A DNA stretch of 64,000 nucleotides from Bacteroidota bacterium. GTDB lineage: Bacteria; Bacteroidota; Bacteroidia; UBA7662; CANHCV01. The notes under the pieces are model-generated. The model made no database searches. It had not been told where the DNA came from and was given only the letters and a program-made list of their open reading frames with translations. The translations under genes and the position numbers were made by a program. This document shows, in pieces, positions 9,606-18,300 of the stretch (its first letter is position 1; every line of letters begins with the position of its first letter). The stretch covers positions 8,597 through 72,596 of the forward strand of contig CANHCV010000003.1 of the NCBI GenBank assembly GCA_947459245.1, in the 5' to 3' direction.

Positions 9606-11928
9606 CCTGTTCCTTTGCTTGGCCAGTTTGGCCGCTGTTTCGCAACCCCTCACTTTAGAAAAAATCATGAGCGGCCAAGATTTCACCGGATATTGGCCCG
9701 AAAATCCGCGTTGGAAACAAAACGAAACCGGATTTTTGTACGAACACCGGGTATTGGGCGATTCTGTAAGTCGAACTTGGTGCTACGATGTAAAGAGCGG
9801 AAAAACTCGGGTTGCTACCGCTTCCGATTTGGCCGAAGTCCTTCCTTTTTTGGTTTGGAATCCGTCCTTTTCCCAAGCCTTGTATTCCAAAAAAGGTAAC
9901 CTCTACCTTTGGAACGAAGCCTCCAAATCCAGTCAGATATTAATCGATTTAGAATCGCCCTGTTTTAGCCCCCAATGGGTAGAAGGCGGTTTCGCTTTTC
10001 AATCCGATCAAACCATTTACCTGTTCCAAAATCAGCAATTGCACGTTTTTGGGAAATTTGGAGACGACCGCAAGCCATCGTCCTCCAACGATTTAACCTC
10101 AAAAAACGAGTGGTTAAAAAATCAGCAAAAAGATTTATTCTTGGTTTTACAAGACCGTAACCGAAATCAAAAACTTTCAAAATCTGCTCAAATCAACGAG
10201 GTGAACGTGGGCCCAGGGCAATTCCCCTTAAACGGCAAAAACTTAGAAACGTGGAACATTTCCTGGGATGCCCAACAACTGATTTACTCGTGCAGCAGCA
10301 ATGCAACCGATGTTGATGAAACCAGCATGCCGGTTTGGATTACCGAAAGTGGTTACGTAAAAACCCAATCGGCTCGCCCCAAAGTAGGAGAAAAACCTGG
10401 AGAAGGGACCCTGAATTGGGCCTCCTTTGAACAAGGAAAATGGAGTTATTCCTCTTTGAAAGACACGCTTTCGGGCCAATGTATTCATCCGAAAGAATTG
10501 AACATCAAAGATCGAACAGCGAAAAAATCAGTCCAGTTTTTTGGGTTATTTCGCTCTCCCAACGGGAAACAATTTGTGATTGAAGCCCAATCCAACGACA
10601 ACAAAGACCGATGGATTGGCGTATGGAAAGATGGAAAATTCTTGGAATTGGATCACCAACACGACGATGCTTGGATTGGCGGACCTGGTATTTCTTCATG
10701 GAGAAGTGGGGATTCCGATTTCGGATGGTTTGATGATGGGCAAATTTATTTTCAAAGTGAAAAAACAGGGTATTCCCATCTCTACCTGCTCAATATCCAA
10801 AATAAAAACAGTACGGCATTAACGGCAGGAAACTTCGAGGTGATGAATCTTCAATTTTTCGCCAAGAAAAAAGTGTTTTTTGCCAACATGAATCGGAATG
10901 AACCGGGCAGATTTTTACCGTGTAAAATTGATCCTAAACTTCCATTGGGTTGGATTTCTTTACTGCCTCCGAAAAAATTGTTGGGAATAGAACCTGGATT
11001 CACCGAAATTTTTGTTGCTCCATCGGGAGAGCAAATGGTTTATCGATTTTCGAACATGGAAAGTCCGTGGGAATTGGCCATTCGGGAAAAAGGGAAGGTG
11101 GATTGGAAGGTCGTCACCCACTCTACTTCCCCCGAGTTTGAGAGGTACGCCTGGAATAAGGGGAAAGTGATTTCTTTTCCCGGCATGGATGGAAAATCGG
11201 TTTACGCCCGGGTGTATCAGCCGGAAAAAGAAGTGAAAAATTCGGCAGCGGTTATTTTCGTACACGGGGCCGGTTATCTGCAAAATGCCCATCATTGGTG
11301 GAGCAATTACTACCGGGAGTTCATGTTCCACCACTTTTTAACCGAGCAAGGTTACACCGTTTTGGACATCGATTACCGTGCGTCGAGCGGATACGGCCGG
11401 GATTGGAGAACGGCCATTTACCGGCACATGGGAGGTTGGGATTTGAACGACCACCTTTCCGGCCGCTCGTATTTGATCAACGAATTGAACATCAATCCTA
11501 AAAAAGTTGGAATGTACGGTGGCAGCTACGGAGGATTTATGACGTTGATGGCCTTGTTTTCGACTCCCGATTCTTTTGCCTGCGGTGCGGCGTTGCGGTC
11601 GGTTACCGATTGGGCGCATTACAACCACGGATATACGGCCAACATTCTCAATACTCCCGAAACCGACTCCTTGGCTTTCGCAAAAAGCAGTCCCATTAAC
11701 TTCGCTAAAAATTTAAAAAATCCACTTTTGATGCTGCACGGGATGGTTGACGATAACGTTCAATTTCAAGACATTGTGCGCTTGTCGCAACGCCTGATTG
11801 AACTCGAAAAAGATCAGTGGGAGTTGGCGGTTTACCCGGTAGAAAACCATGGTTTTAAGGAACGGAGTTCTTGGCTGGACGAATACAAGCGTATCTTTAA
11901 ACTTTTCGAACAACATTTATTGCATTAA
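9574..11928 (+). CDS. S9 family serine peptidase (prolyl oligopeptidase / DPP-IV-like)
   Basis: Start chosen at MKFTPLRIGINLFLCLASLAAVSQ (signal peptide). Catalytic triad context: GGSYGGFMT (Ser), HGMVDDNV (Asp), ENHGF (His). A beta-propeller-like N-terminal half precedes it. Confidence 0.9.
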   Translation: MKFTPLRIGINLFLCLASLAAVSQPLTLEKIMSGQDFTGYWPENPRWKQNETGFLYEHRVLGDSVSRTWCYDVKSGKTRVATASDLAEVLPFLVWNPSFSQALYSKKGNLYLWNEASKSSQILIDLESPCFSPQWVEGGFAFQSDQTIYLFQNQQLHVFGKFGDDRKPSSSNDLTSKNEWLKNQQKDLFLVLQDRNRNQKLSKSAQINEVNVGPGQFPLNGKNLETWNISWDAQQLIYSCSSNATDVDETSMPVWITESGYVKTQSARPKVGEKPGEGTLNWASFEQGKWSYSSLKDTLSGQCIHPKELNIKDRTAKKSVQFFGLFRSPNGKQFVIEAQSNDNKDRWIGVWKDGKFLELDHQHDDAWIGGPGISSWRSGDSDFGWFDDGQIYFQSEKTGYSHLYLLNIQNKNSTALTAGNFEVMNLQFFAKKKVFFANMNRNEPGRFLPCKIDPKLPLGWISLLPPKKLLGIEPGFTEIFVAPSGEQMVYRFSNMESPWELAIREKGKVDWKVVTHSTSPEFERYAWNKGKVISFPGMDGKSVYARVYQPEKEVKNSAAVIFVHGAGYLQNAHHWWSNYYREFMFHHFLTEQGYTVLDIDYRASSGYGRDWRTAIYRHMGGWDLNDHLSGRSYLINELNINPKKVGMYGGSYGGFMTLMALFSTPDSFACGAALRSVTDWAHYNHGYTANILNTPETDSLAFAKSSPINFAKNLKNPLLMLHGMVDDNVQFQDIVRLSQRLIELEKDQWELAVYPVENHGFKERSSWLDEYKRIFKLFEQHLLH

Positions 11929-11931
11929 ACG

Positions 11932-13131
11932 ATGAAGAAATATTTTGTATTGCTTTGGTTCTCCCTTTTAACCTGGGGAGTTATTGCTCAAGTGGTACCT
12001 CCCACTTCTTTGCGTGTTTACAACCAAAATCAAGGAAGCTGGGAACTAGGAAATTGGTATGAAATGAGGTACCATAATAATTCAGGGAAACTTGCTTCCA
12101 TCACCGAAATTGACTCCATTGCCAACGTTATTTTATCCACCCGTTTTTTTGAGTACGATAGCTTAGGTCGATTGATCTTGGATTCTACCCGTTTAATGAC
12201 TTCTGTCGGAAATTATGCCTACTACGTTAGGGCCTACGAATATGGCCCCAACAATAAAATCGTAAAGCTGCATGGAAAAAGTAACGATCCTTTCAATCCT
12301 TACCAAAATGAAAAAGAGTACTGGTATAACCCTGGGTTTCGTGGATTCAGCAGCTCCATCCGAACCATTAACTCAGCCACTTTCGATACGTTAAATCGGT
12401 ACATCCGATCACCGTTTTTCGATACCTTGTACTACTCTTCAACATCTTTAGGAATTTATCAAAAGTTCAAGGTAGAAGCATGGCGAGATTCAGCCGATTT
12501 GATTCCATCGGTTTATACCTCTTTCAATGCTCAAGGTTTACCTTTTGTTCGGGATAGCGGGATATTTAATTCAGAAAAGTTACCACTGTTTAGAAGGGTT
12601 TATACTTATCAAAACAATGTTCAAACGGGGTTTTACGATAATTTCTACAGTTTTTTCCCATCCATACCCAAGGAATTGGTGCATCAACCCAATCCAGAGC
12701 TCTCCATTCATAACATCAGTGGGTTAACCTATTTCCGGGGTGCTGTTGCTGTACAACCATCTCAAGGGAATTCAGATACAGATTTTTCACTTCAATATGG
12801 CCCAAATAATCGATTGGAATCTTACGTTCGAAGGAACAATACCCAAGGGGTTGCAACCGATACCAAAATGATTTTTGGTTATGGAAAACTTCAATCTGCT
12901 AAAGTGGAAACCCTAAATGCATTGATCTTCCCCAATCCATGTCGTGACTTCCTACAAATTCAAGCTCCGATGGGATCAAGAATTACCATAACCGATTTGG
13001 CGGGAAGAACCTTTCAACAGTTTCAATATCAGGGAGAACCCGTAAACACCGAAAGCTTTCCAACGGGAGTGCTTTTTATAACGATTCAAAAAGACCAACG
13101 AAGCCAAGCTTTCAAGCTGGTGAAGTTATAA
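11932..13131 (+). CDS. T9SS C-terminal sorting domain protein with a YD-repeat-like motif
   Basis: Signal MKKYFVLLWFSLLTWGVIAQ, a FFEYDSLGRLILDS motif, and a C-terminal tail LIFPNPCRDFLQIQ...[21 protein letters not shown]. Confidence 0.8.
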   Translation: MKKYFVLLWFSLLTWGVIAQVVPPTSLRVYNQNQGSWELGNWYEMRYHNNSGKLASITEIDSIANVILSTRFFEYDSLGRLILDSTRLMTSVGNYAYYVRAYEYGPNNKIVKLHGKSNDPFNPYQNEKEYWYNPGFRGFSSSIRTINSATFDTLNRYIRSPFFDTLYYSSTSLGIYQKFKVEAWRDSADLIPSVYTSFNAQGLPFVRDSGIFNSEKLPLFRRVYTYQNNVQTGFYDNFYSFFPSIPKELVHQPNPELSIHNISGLTYFRGAVAVQPSQGNSDTDFSLQYGPNNRLESYVRRNNTQGVATDTKMIFGYGKLQSAKVETLNALIFPNPCRDFLQIQAPMGSRITITDLAGRTFQQFQYQGEPVNTESFPTGVLFITIQKDQRSQAFKLVKL

Positions 13132-13755
13132 TTTTTTCAACGGCTGATCGGGTTTGGCGTACGACAACCTTGCGAGCTGACTCGTAACGTGGTAAGAATC
13201 CAAACCCGAAACGGTTACCGTTCCAGCTTTTTCCAAATCCAACCAGCCATCTGGCGATTGGCAATCTTCGGGATAAGAGATTTCCAGCATCTCTCCGATG
13301 ACCAAATGGGTATCGTTGATTTTTAAATCGATCACCTCCCGACACTGGGCCATCCATTTCACGCGACTCTCTTTCACCAAAGGTGCTGGGTAATCGTTCC
13401 AAAATTCGGGAGTTAACCCTACAGCATCAAATTCGGAAACTTCTCGAGCGTAGCGAGCCGAGGTTTGGTGGGCCTGCTCGTAAAAAAACTCGGTTACTTG
13501 ATTCACCGAAAAAAATCCATTAGACTGAATGTTCTCAAACGTATGCCTTTCCGATTTGTCGGGGCGAACGATGATTCCGAACAGGGGCGGATTGGCCCCA
13601 AGATGAAACAAGGAACTGAAAACGGCTAAGTTGGATTGTCCATTTATCGATTGAGTACCAATCAGCACCAAACTTTTAAATCCGCCCAACGAATTGATGA
13701 ACGCCGCTCTTTCGCGTTGATCCATGTTGGCCAATTGTTCTTTCCCGATGTTCAT
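13126..13755 (-). CDS. flavin reductase family protein (FMN-binding split barrel)
   Basis: [51 protein letters not shown] is typical of flavin-reductase-like domain proteins. ATGA overlap with the upstream photolyase gene. Confidence 0.8.
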   Translation of the reverse strand: MNIGKEQLANMDQRERAAFINSLGGFKSLVLIGTQSINGQSNLAVFSSLFHLGANPPLFGIIVRPDKSERHTFENIQSNGFFSVNQVTEFFYEQAHQTSARYAREVSEFDAVGLTPEFWNDYPAPLVKESRVKWMAQCREVIDLKINDTHLVIGEMLEISYPEDCQSPDGWLDLEKAGTVTVSGLDSYHVTSQLARLSYAKPDQPLKKL

Positions 13756-15236
13756 GTTGATTTAGGTTTTCGTTTTTTTGCTGCTGGTCGAACGTGTTTT
13801 TCTAAAATGCGTTGTTTTTCTGTTTGCACCGACTGATTTTTCCGCCAACCCCAAATTTTTTCCCGGTGCAAAGGAAGAACATCTTCTTGAATAACGATGG
13901 GCATTGGATAATGTTTTCCCAATTCAAATCCAAGGAATCCTCCTTCCAAGGTACTGCACTTCCATGGTTCGTGGATCAGATGAGGTGGCAAAACCCGCAA
14001 CTCGGGCACCCATTTTTTGATGAACTCGCCTTGCGGGTCGTGCTCTTGAGATTGTTTTACCGGATTGTAAATTCGGATGGTATTGGTGCCCGTTACTCCG
14101 GCTTGCATTTGAAATTGGGGAAAATGAATCCCTGGTTCGTAATCCAAAAATAAGCGAGCCAAATGGTAAACGCCCAACCTCCAATCTTGAAACAAATGGT
14201 GGCAGAAAAAACTCACCAACATGGCTCGCATTCGAAAATTGATCCACCCTGTTTCTTGCAAACATCGCATGCAAGCATCCACCAAAGGATATCCAGTTGC
14301 ACCTTTTTCCCAAGCTTCCACCCAATCCAATCGCTCTTCTCGCTCAAGAAGTTCATATCCTCGATTAACGCATAAGGTTTCGTATTCTACCTCCATTTCA
14401 AATTTTTGAATGAAGTGATCGTGCCATTTCAAGCGCGTCATCGCTCCCAACAATCCCTTTTTGTTTCCGCCATTTTTGGCAGATTCGTTCATGGCTTGTA
14501 CCGCTTGTCGGATGGACAGATTTCCCCAACTGATGTAGGGAGATAATCGAGAACAGGAAATCCTGCTTTCGGCTGGTTTGGAGATGTGGTAGGAATAAAT
14601 TTTTGCGCGTTCGTTGCAGAAAGATTGCAAATACCGGTGCGCAAAATCCTCGCCCGGCGGTTGGAAAGACTGATCCAATTGCGACCATTCTTCAATTCTT
14701 TCGGGTGGTAAAGAAAAAGAATGCTCTGGAAAAATGATTTCTTGTTTCTTCAACGGAGGGTTCTGGAGGGGTGCCGACATGAATTTATACCATTGTTGGT
14801 CCCATCCTTCCCGATTTCGAGTTGCTCGAACAACTCCATCTTTCTGAAATTCTTTCCAAGGAACATTGTTTTGAGTGAGGATTTGCTGAACTTCCCGATC
14901 GCGTTTCCAGGTTTCTTCCGTTCCAGACTCTTGGTAACTGAACACTTCCTTCACTTCAAAGGTTTCTAAGATGGATTTCCACAAATCGGCAGCATTTCCG
15001 TGCATGATCCAAAGAGGGATGCCGAAAACGCTCATCTTACGTTGTACTTCCAAAGCACTATTCCACTGAAACCACCCGTGCCGGGAAGAATAATCGGGGC
15101 GCTGCAACTGAAACGGTTCAAAAAAGTAAACCAACAGCAGCGGCCATCCACTTTGGGCCGCCTCGGCCAAAGGAGCATGATCCATGGTTCGGAGATCGCG
15201 CTTCATCCAAACCACAGCGATGGGATTTTTTACCAC
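13752..15236 (-). CDS. cryptochrome/photolyase family protein, 494 aa
   Basis: N-terminal alpha/beta domain ([18 protein letters not shown]), then [13 protein letters not shown] and [33 protein letters not shown] start at 15236 overlaps the upstream stop by 7 nt. Confidence 0.85.
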   Translation of the reverse strand: MVKNPIAVVWMKRDLRTMDHAPLAEAAQSGWPLLLVYFFEPFQLQRPDYSSRHGWFQWNSALEVQRKMSVFGIPLWIMHGNAADLWKSILETFEVKEVFSYQESGTEETWKRDREVQQILTQNNVPWKEFQKDGVVRATRNREGWDQQWYKFMSAPLQNPPLKKQEIIFPEHSFSLPPERIEEWSQLDQSFQPPGEDFAHRYLQSFCNERAKIYSYHISKPAESRISCSRLSPYISWGNLSIRQAVQAMNESAKNGGNKKGLLGAMTRLKWHDHFIQKFEMEVEYETLCVNRGYELLEREERLDWVEAWEKGATGYPLVDACMRCLQETGWINFRMRAMLVSFFCHHLFQDWRLGVYHLARLFLDYEPGIHFPQFQMQAGVTGTNTIRIYNPVKQSQEHDPQGEFIKKWVPELRVLPPHLIHEPWKCSTLEGGFLGFELGKHYPMPIVIQEDVLPLHREKIWGWRKNQSVQTEKQRILEKHVRPAAKKRKPKST

Positions 15237-16327
15237 CTAGCAATGATTTTTTCTGCTCGCTTCCAAAATCCAAAAAATGAGGGAAAGAAACCATCAATTT
15301 CCGGAAAAATCCAATCCCGTTCATCCACCTCGGTTCCCCAAAATTTCAAATGAGGATGTTCTTTTTGGTAGATTTTTTGACCTCGGCAATAGTTCACCAA
15401 TTCATCCCAACTTCCCCAAAAAATTTGCATTCCTGGGATTTTTTGCGCCCATGAAACCACAAAATCAAGGGTATGATCGGCCATAGGAAAACGTTCAAAA
15501 AACAAAGGATCGAGCAGAAGGATGCGATTGTATTCTTTTTCTTGTCGCCATTGTGGATCTAAATTATACACCGTGTACAAGCAAGTGGGTAAATGAGGAT
15601 TGATGGAAATGGCCTCGGTTTCAACGGGTGTGGTTACCAAAGATATGCCGGTTTTCGGCTTCAAAACCGCTGGAATTTCCTTCAAAGGAAACGATTCCAT
15701 ATCTTGATCGAGAAAGGTGTTCCGATCGTTGGTGTTGCAGAAATGATTGATGTTATCTTGATTGGCGAAGTATTTCCGATCGCGTGAAGCCCCCGCAACC
15801 CACTGCCACGAAATGAAATTGGAGGCAAAGTCGGCATCAAGTAAGTGATAATACATCCACTTTGCGGGCAAGCACCAATGCGCCTTCGCCACATTGGTGG
15901 TAATGGAGGCCAGGTACATGCGAACGTGGTTGTGCATCATTCCCTCTTCCATCAATTTAAGAATGCCGCGATCGATGGCGGTTATTCCTGTTTTTGCTTC
16001 TAAAATGGAAATAGGAAGTTGATGATGTGCAATGGGATCTTGCTCTGCCCGAAGCGCTTCTCGATCCAAGTTGGGGCGATGCTGCCCCACCCGTTGAAAG
16101 TAATCCCTCCACGATAGTTGTTGAACCAATGGAAGCATTTGTTGGATGGTGAATCCTCGTGAACGCAAAGCATCAACCACGGTTTTTGTACTGATGATTC
16201 CCCGAGAAATGTAGGGAGAGAGTTCGGTAACTTTCCCGTTTTCAAAATTTCGGGATTTACCATAGGCAACGGGATCAATGGATTGAATTCGTTCTAAAAT
16301 TTCGGAATAGGACTGGGCTAGTTTCAC
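15230..16327 (-). CDS. photolyase-related FAD-binding-domain protein, 365 aa, atypical domain order
   Basis: Begins directly with helical-domain motifs: [61 protein letters not shown]. There is no N-terminal alpha/beta domain. About 125 extra C-terminal residues follow. Confidence 0.8.
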   Translation of the reverse strand: MKLAQSYSEILERIQSIDPVAYGKSRNFENGKVTELSPYISRGIISTKTVVDALRSRGFTIQQMLPLVQQLSWRDYFQRVGQHRPNLDREALRAEQDPIAHHQLPISILEAKTGITAIDRGILKLMEEGMMHNHVRMYLASITTNVAKAHWCLPAKWMYYHLLDADFASNFISWQWVAGASRDRKYFANQDNINHFCNTNDRNTFLDQDMESFPLKEIPAVLKPKTGISLVTTPVETEAISINPHLPTCLYTVYNLDPQWRQEKEYNRILLLDPLFFERFPMADHTLDFVVSWAQKIPGMQIFWGSWDELVNYCRGQKIYQKEHPHLKFWGTEVDERDWIFPEIDGFFPSFFGFWKRAEKIIARW

Positions 16328-16365
16328 CCATAAAAAACAGAAAAAACCTGAATTGGTTTTGGAAC

Positions 16366-18300
16366 TTATTCCCGAACCAATTGGATCATGAACTGACGGT
16401 AGGGACCCAAACTACCTGGAACCATCATGACCGATTGATTGAGTGCATTTCGAACGAGAAAGCCGATGCTCCAAGCCGAATTGAGCTGAGTTTTCAAGCG
16501 CAAATCGAGGAGAAAATCCCCGTAGGGGTGACGTTCCCGATGCGCTTGAATTCCTGGAATTGTTCCCGCCAATTGCTCCACCCAGGGCCGATCAATGCTT
16601 TCCATGAATCCGTTCCACCTGAAATTTCCACCCATCATCCATTTCCCATAAGCCAACTGCAAATCGGCCCTTCCGAGCCATTTTTGGCGGTACTTGAGGT
16701 ACTTCCACTGCGTAGATGTTACGGTATCAGTTCCGAGGTTGAGCGGTTCGGTTCGGGTTATCCCAGCCAAATAATCCAACCTCCACTTTCCTGAGCTTTG
16801 AAAACCCTTGGCTTGAACATCTACCCCGTAAATTCGGGCCTTCGAAATGTTGGTTGCTCCAAATCCGAATAGGCCAGAATTGAAATTGAATCCATAAGAG
16901 AACTCAATCATGTCGCGGTATTGCTGAAAAAACAAAGCCGCATCAAAAATAAACGACTGATTCTCCTTCTCATACCGATACCCCAATTCGGAACTGTGAG
17001 CAAATTCGGTACGTAAATTGGGATTGGGGAAAATATTGATTCCACCGGTGTTGTTGCTGGTTTTTACATACATTTCAATCAAGGTAGGAGAACGAAAACC
17101 CTGTCCCCAACTGGCCCTAAAAAAATGATTCTCCTTCCAACGGTAATTCACTCCACCCCGAAAAACGGGAGAAGAAATGGGGGTTTTGTTCAAATTGATG
17201 AATTGCTCGTAACGAACCCCGCCTTGAAACACGAACGATTTCCAGGAATAGCTCAACTGCCCAAACAACGCACGATTTACCGAATGAATGGAATCGCGGA
17301 ACAAGTTCACATTCTTCTGATGAATGGCTCCAAAAACTGCACTAAATTGATCTTTCTGATATTTGGAAGTGTATTCGTACAATTCAGATCGATTCAAATT
17401 GTAGAAAACTCGGTTTTTCAACGCGTGCCTCCAATTTTTCCCGTTGTATTGAACGTAGGGATCCAATGAAAAGTACTTCAACACCTGGCTCACCGTGGTA
17501 TCCATGTATTGACTTAGTGCCATGGAATCGCTCTTCCAAATGAAAAATACTCCCGCGGAATCGCGCATGGCATTGGCGGAAACGCCCACTTGAAATCGGC
17601 CGTTCGTGTACCGAATTTTTGCATTTCCCCGAAGCCGATTCGCAAAATCGGAATATCGGTAACTATCGTCTTTCAACGCTTGACCGCCGAAAACAAAGTC
17701 CCATTTTTTCCATTTCTGGGCAGAAACCCACGAAACGGAGTTCAGCATCCGCCGGTCGGTTTGGAAGGGATCAACGTGCTCCTTCGGCGGATCATCAAAC
17801 AACCCGTTTTGAACCCAAACCCGATGGATCGGTTTCTTTTCTGAAGCCCAAAGGGTTTGCAAATGTATCACCCCGTTCAAAGCCGAAGAACCATAAACCG
17901 CTGAAGCGGCTCCTTTCAATACTTCTACCGTTTGAACCTGCTCCATCGGTAAAAAATGCCAGCGAATATCTCCTTCGTAAGCACCCAACATCGGCAAACC
18001 ATCTACCAACAACATTACCCGACTTCCTACCCCAAACGTAAATCCGCTTCCGCCGCGAATATTGGCCTGCCCATTGGTGATGGTCACCCCAGGAACCCGG
18101 TCAATCACGTCGGAAAATTGAGTTCCACCGTTTACAAAAACATTTTTCGAATCGATTTTCTCGAGGGAAATGGTAGATTTTGCCAGCAACCCCAAGGTTC
18201 GGGAGGTCGTAATTTCAAAAGGGCGCAACAAAAGAGGGATTTCTTGGCGCTTTACCGTATCAGAAGGCGAAAGAGCAAGAAAGAGAAACGGCAGAACCAT
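16366..18300 (-). CDS. TonB-dependent receptor, 644 aa
   Basis: Plug-domain motifs DRVPGVTITNGQANIRGGSGF, VMLLVDGLPM and VEVLKGAASAVYGSSALNGVIHLQT. C-terminal beta-barrel ends ...FMIQLVRE. The start overlaps the upstream receptor stop (TAATG). Confidence 0.85.
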   Translation of the reverse strand: MVLPFLFLALSPSDTVKRQEIPLLLRPFEITTSRTLGLLAKSTISLEKIDSKNVFVNGGTQFSDVIDRVPGVTITNGQANIRGGSGFTFGVGSRVMLLVDGLPMLGAYEGDIRWHFLPMEQVQTVEVLKGAASAVYGSSALNGVIHLQTLWASEKKPIHRVWVQNGLFDDPPKEHVDPFQTDRRMLNSVSWVSAQKWKKWDFVFGGQALKDDSYRYSDFANRLRGNAKIRYTNGRFQVGVSANAMRDSAGVFFIWKSDSMALSQYMDTTVSQVLKYFSLDPYVQYNGKNWRHALKNRVFYNLNRSELYEYTSKYQKDQFSAVFGAIHQKNVNLFRDSIHSVNRALFGQLSYSWKSFVFQGGVRYEQFINLNKTPISSPVFRGGVNYRWKENHFFRASWGQGFRSPTLIEMYVKTSNNTGGINIFPNPNLRTEFAHSSELGYRYEKENQSFIFDAALFFQQYRDMIEFSYGFNFNSGLFGFGATNISKARIYGVDVQAKGFQSSGKWRLDYLAGITRTEPLNLGTDTVTSTQWKYLKYRQKWLGRADLQLAYGKWMMGGNFRWNGFMESIDRPWVEQLAGTIPGIQAHRERHPYGDFLLDLRLKTQLNSAWSIGFLVRNALNQSVMMVPGSLGPYRQFMIQLVRE

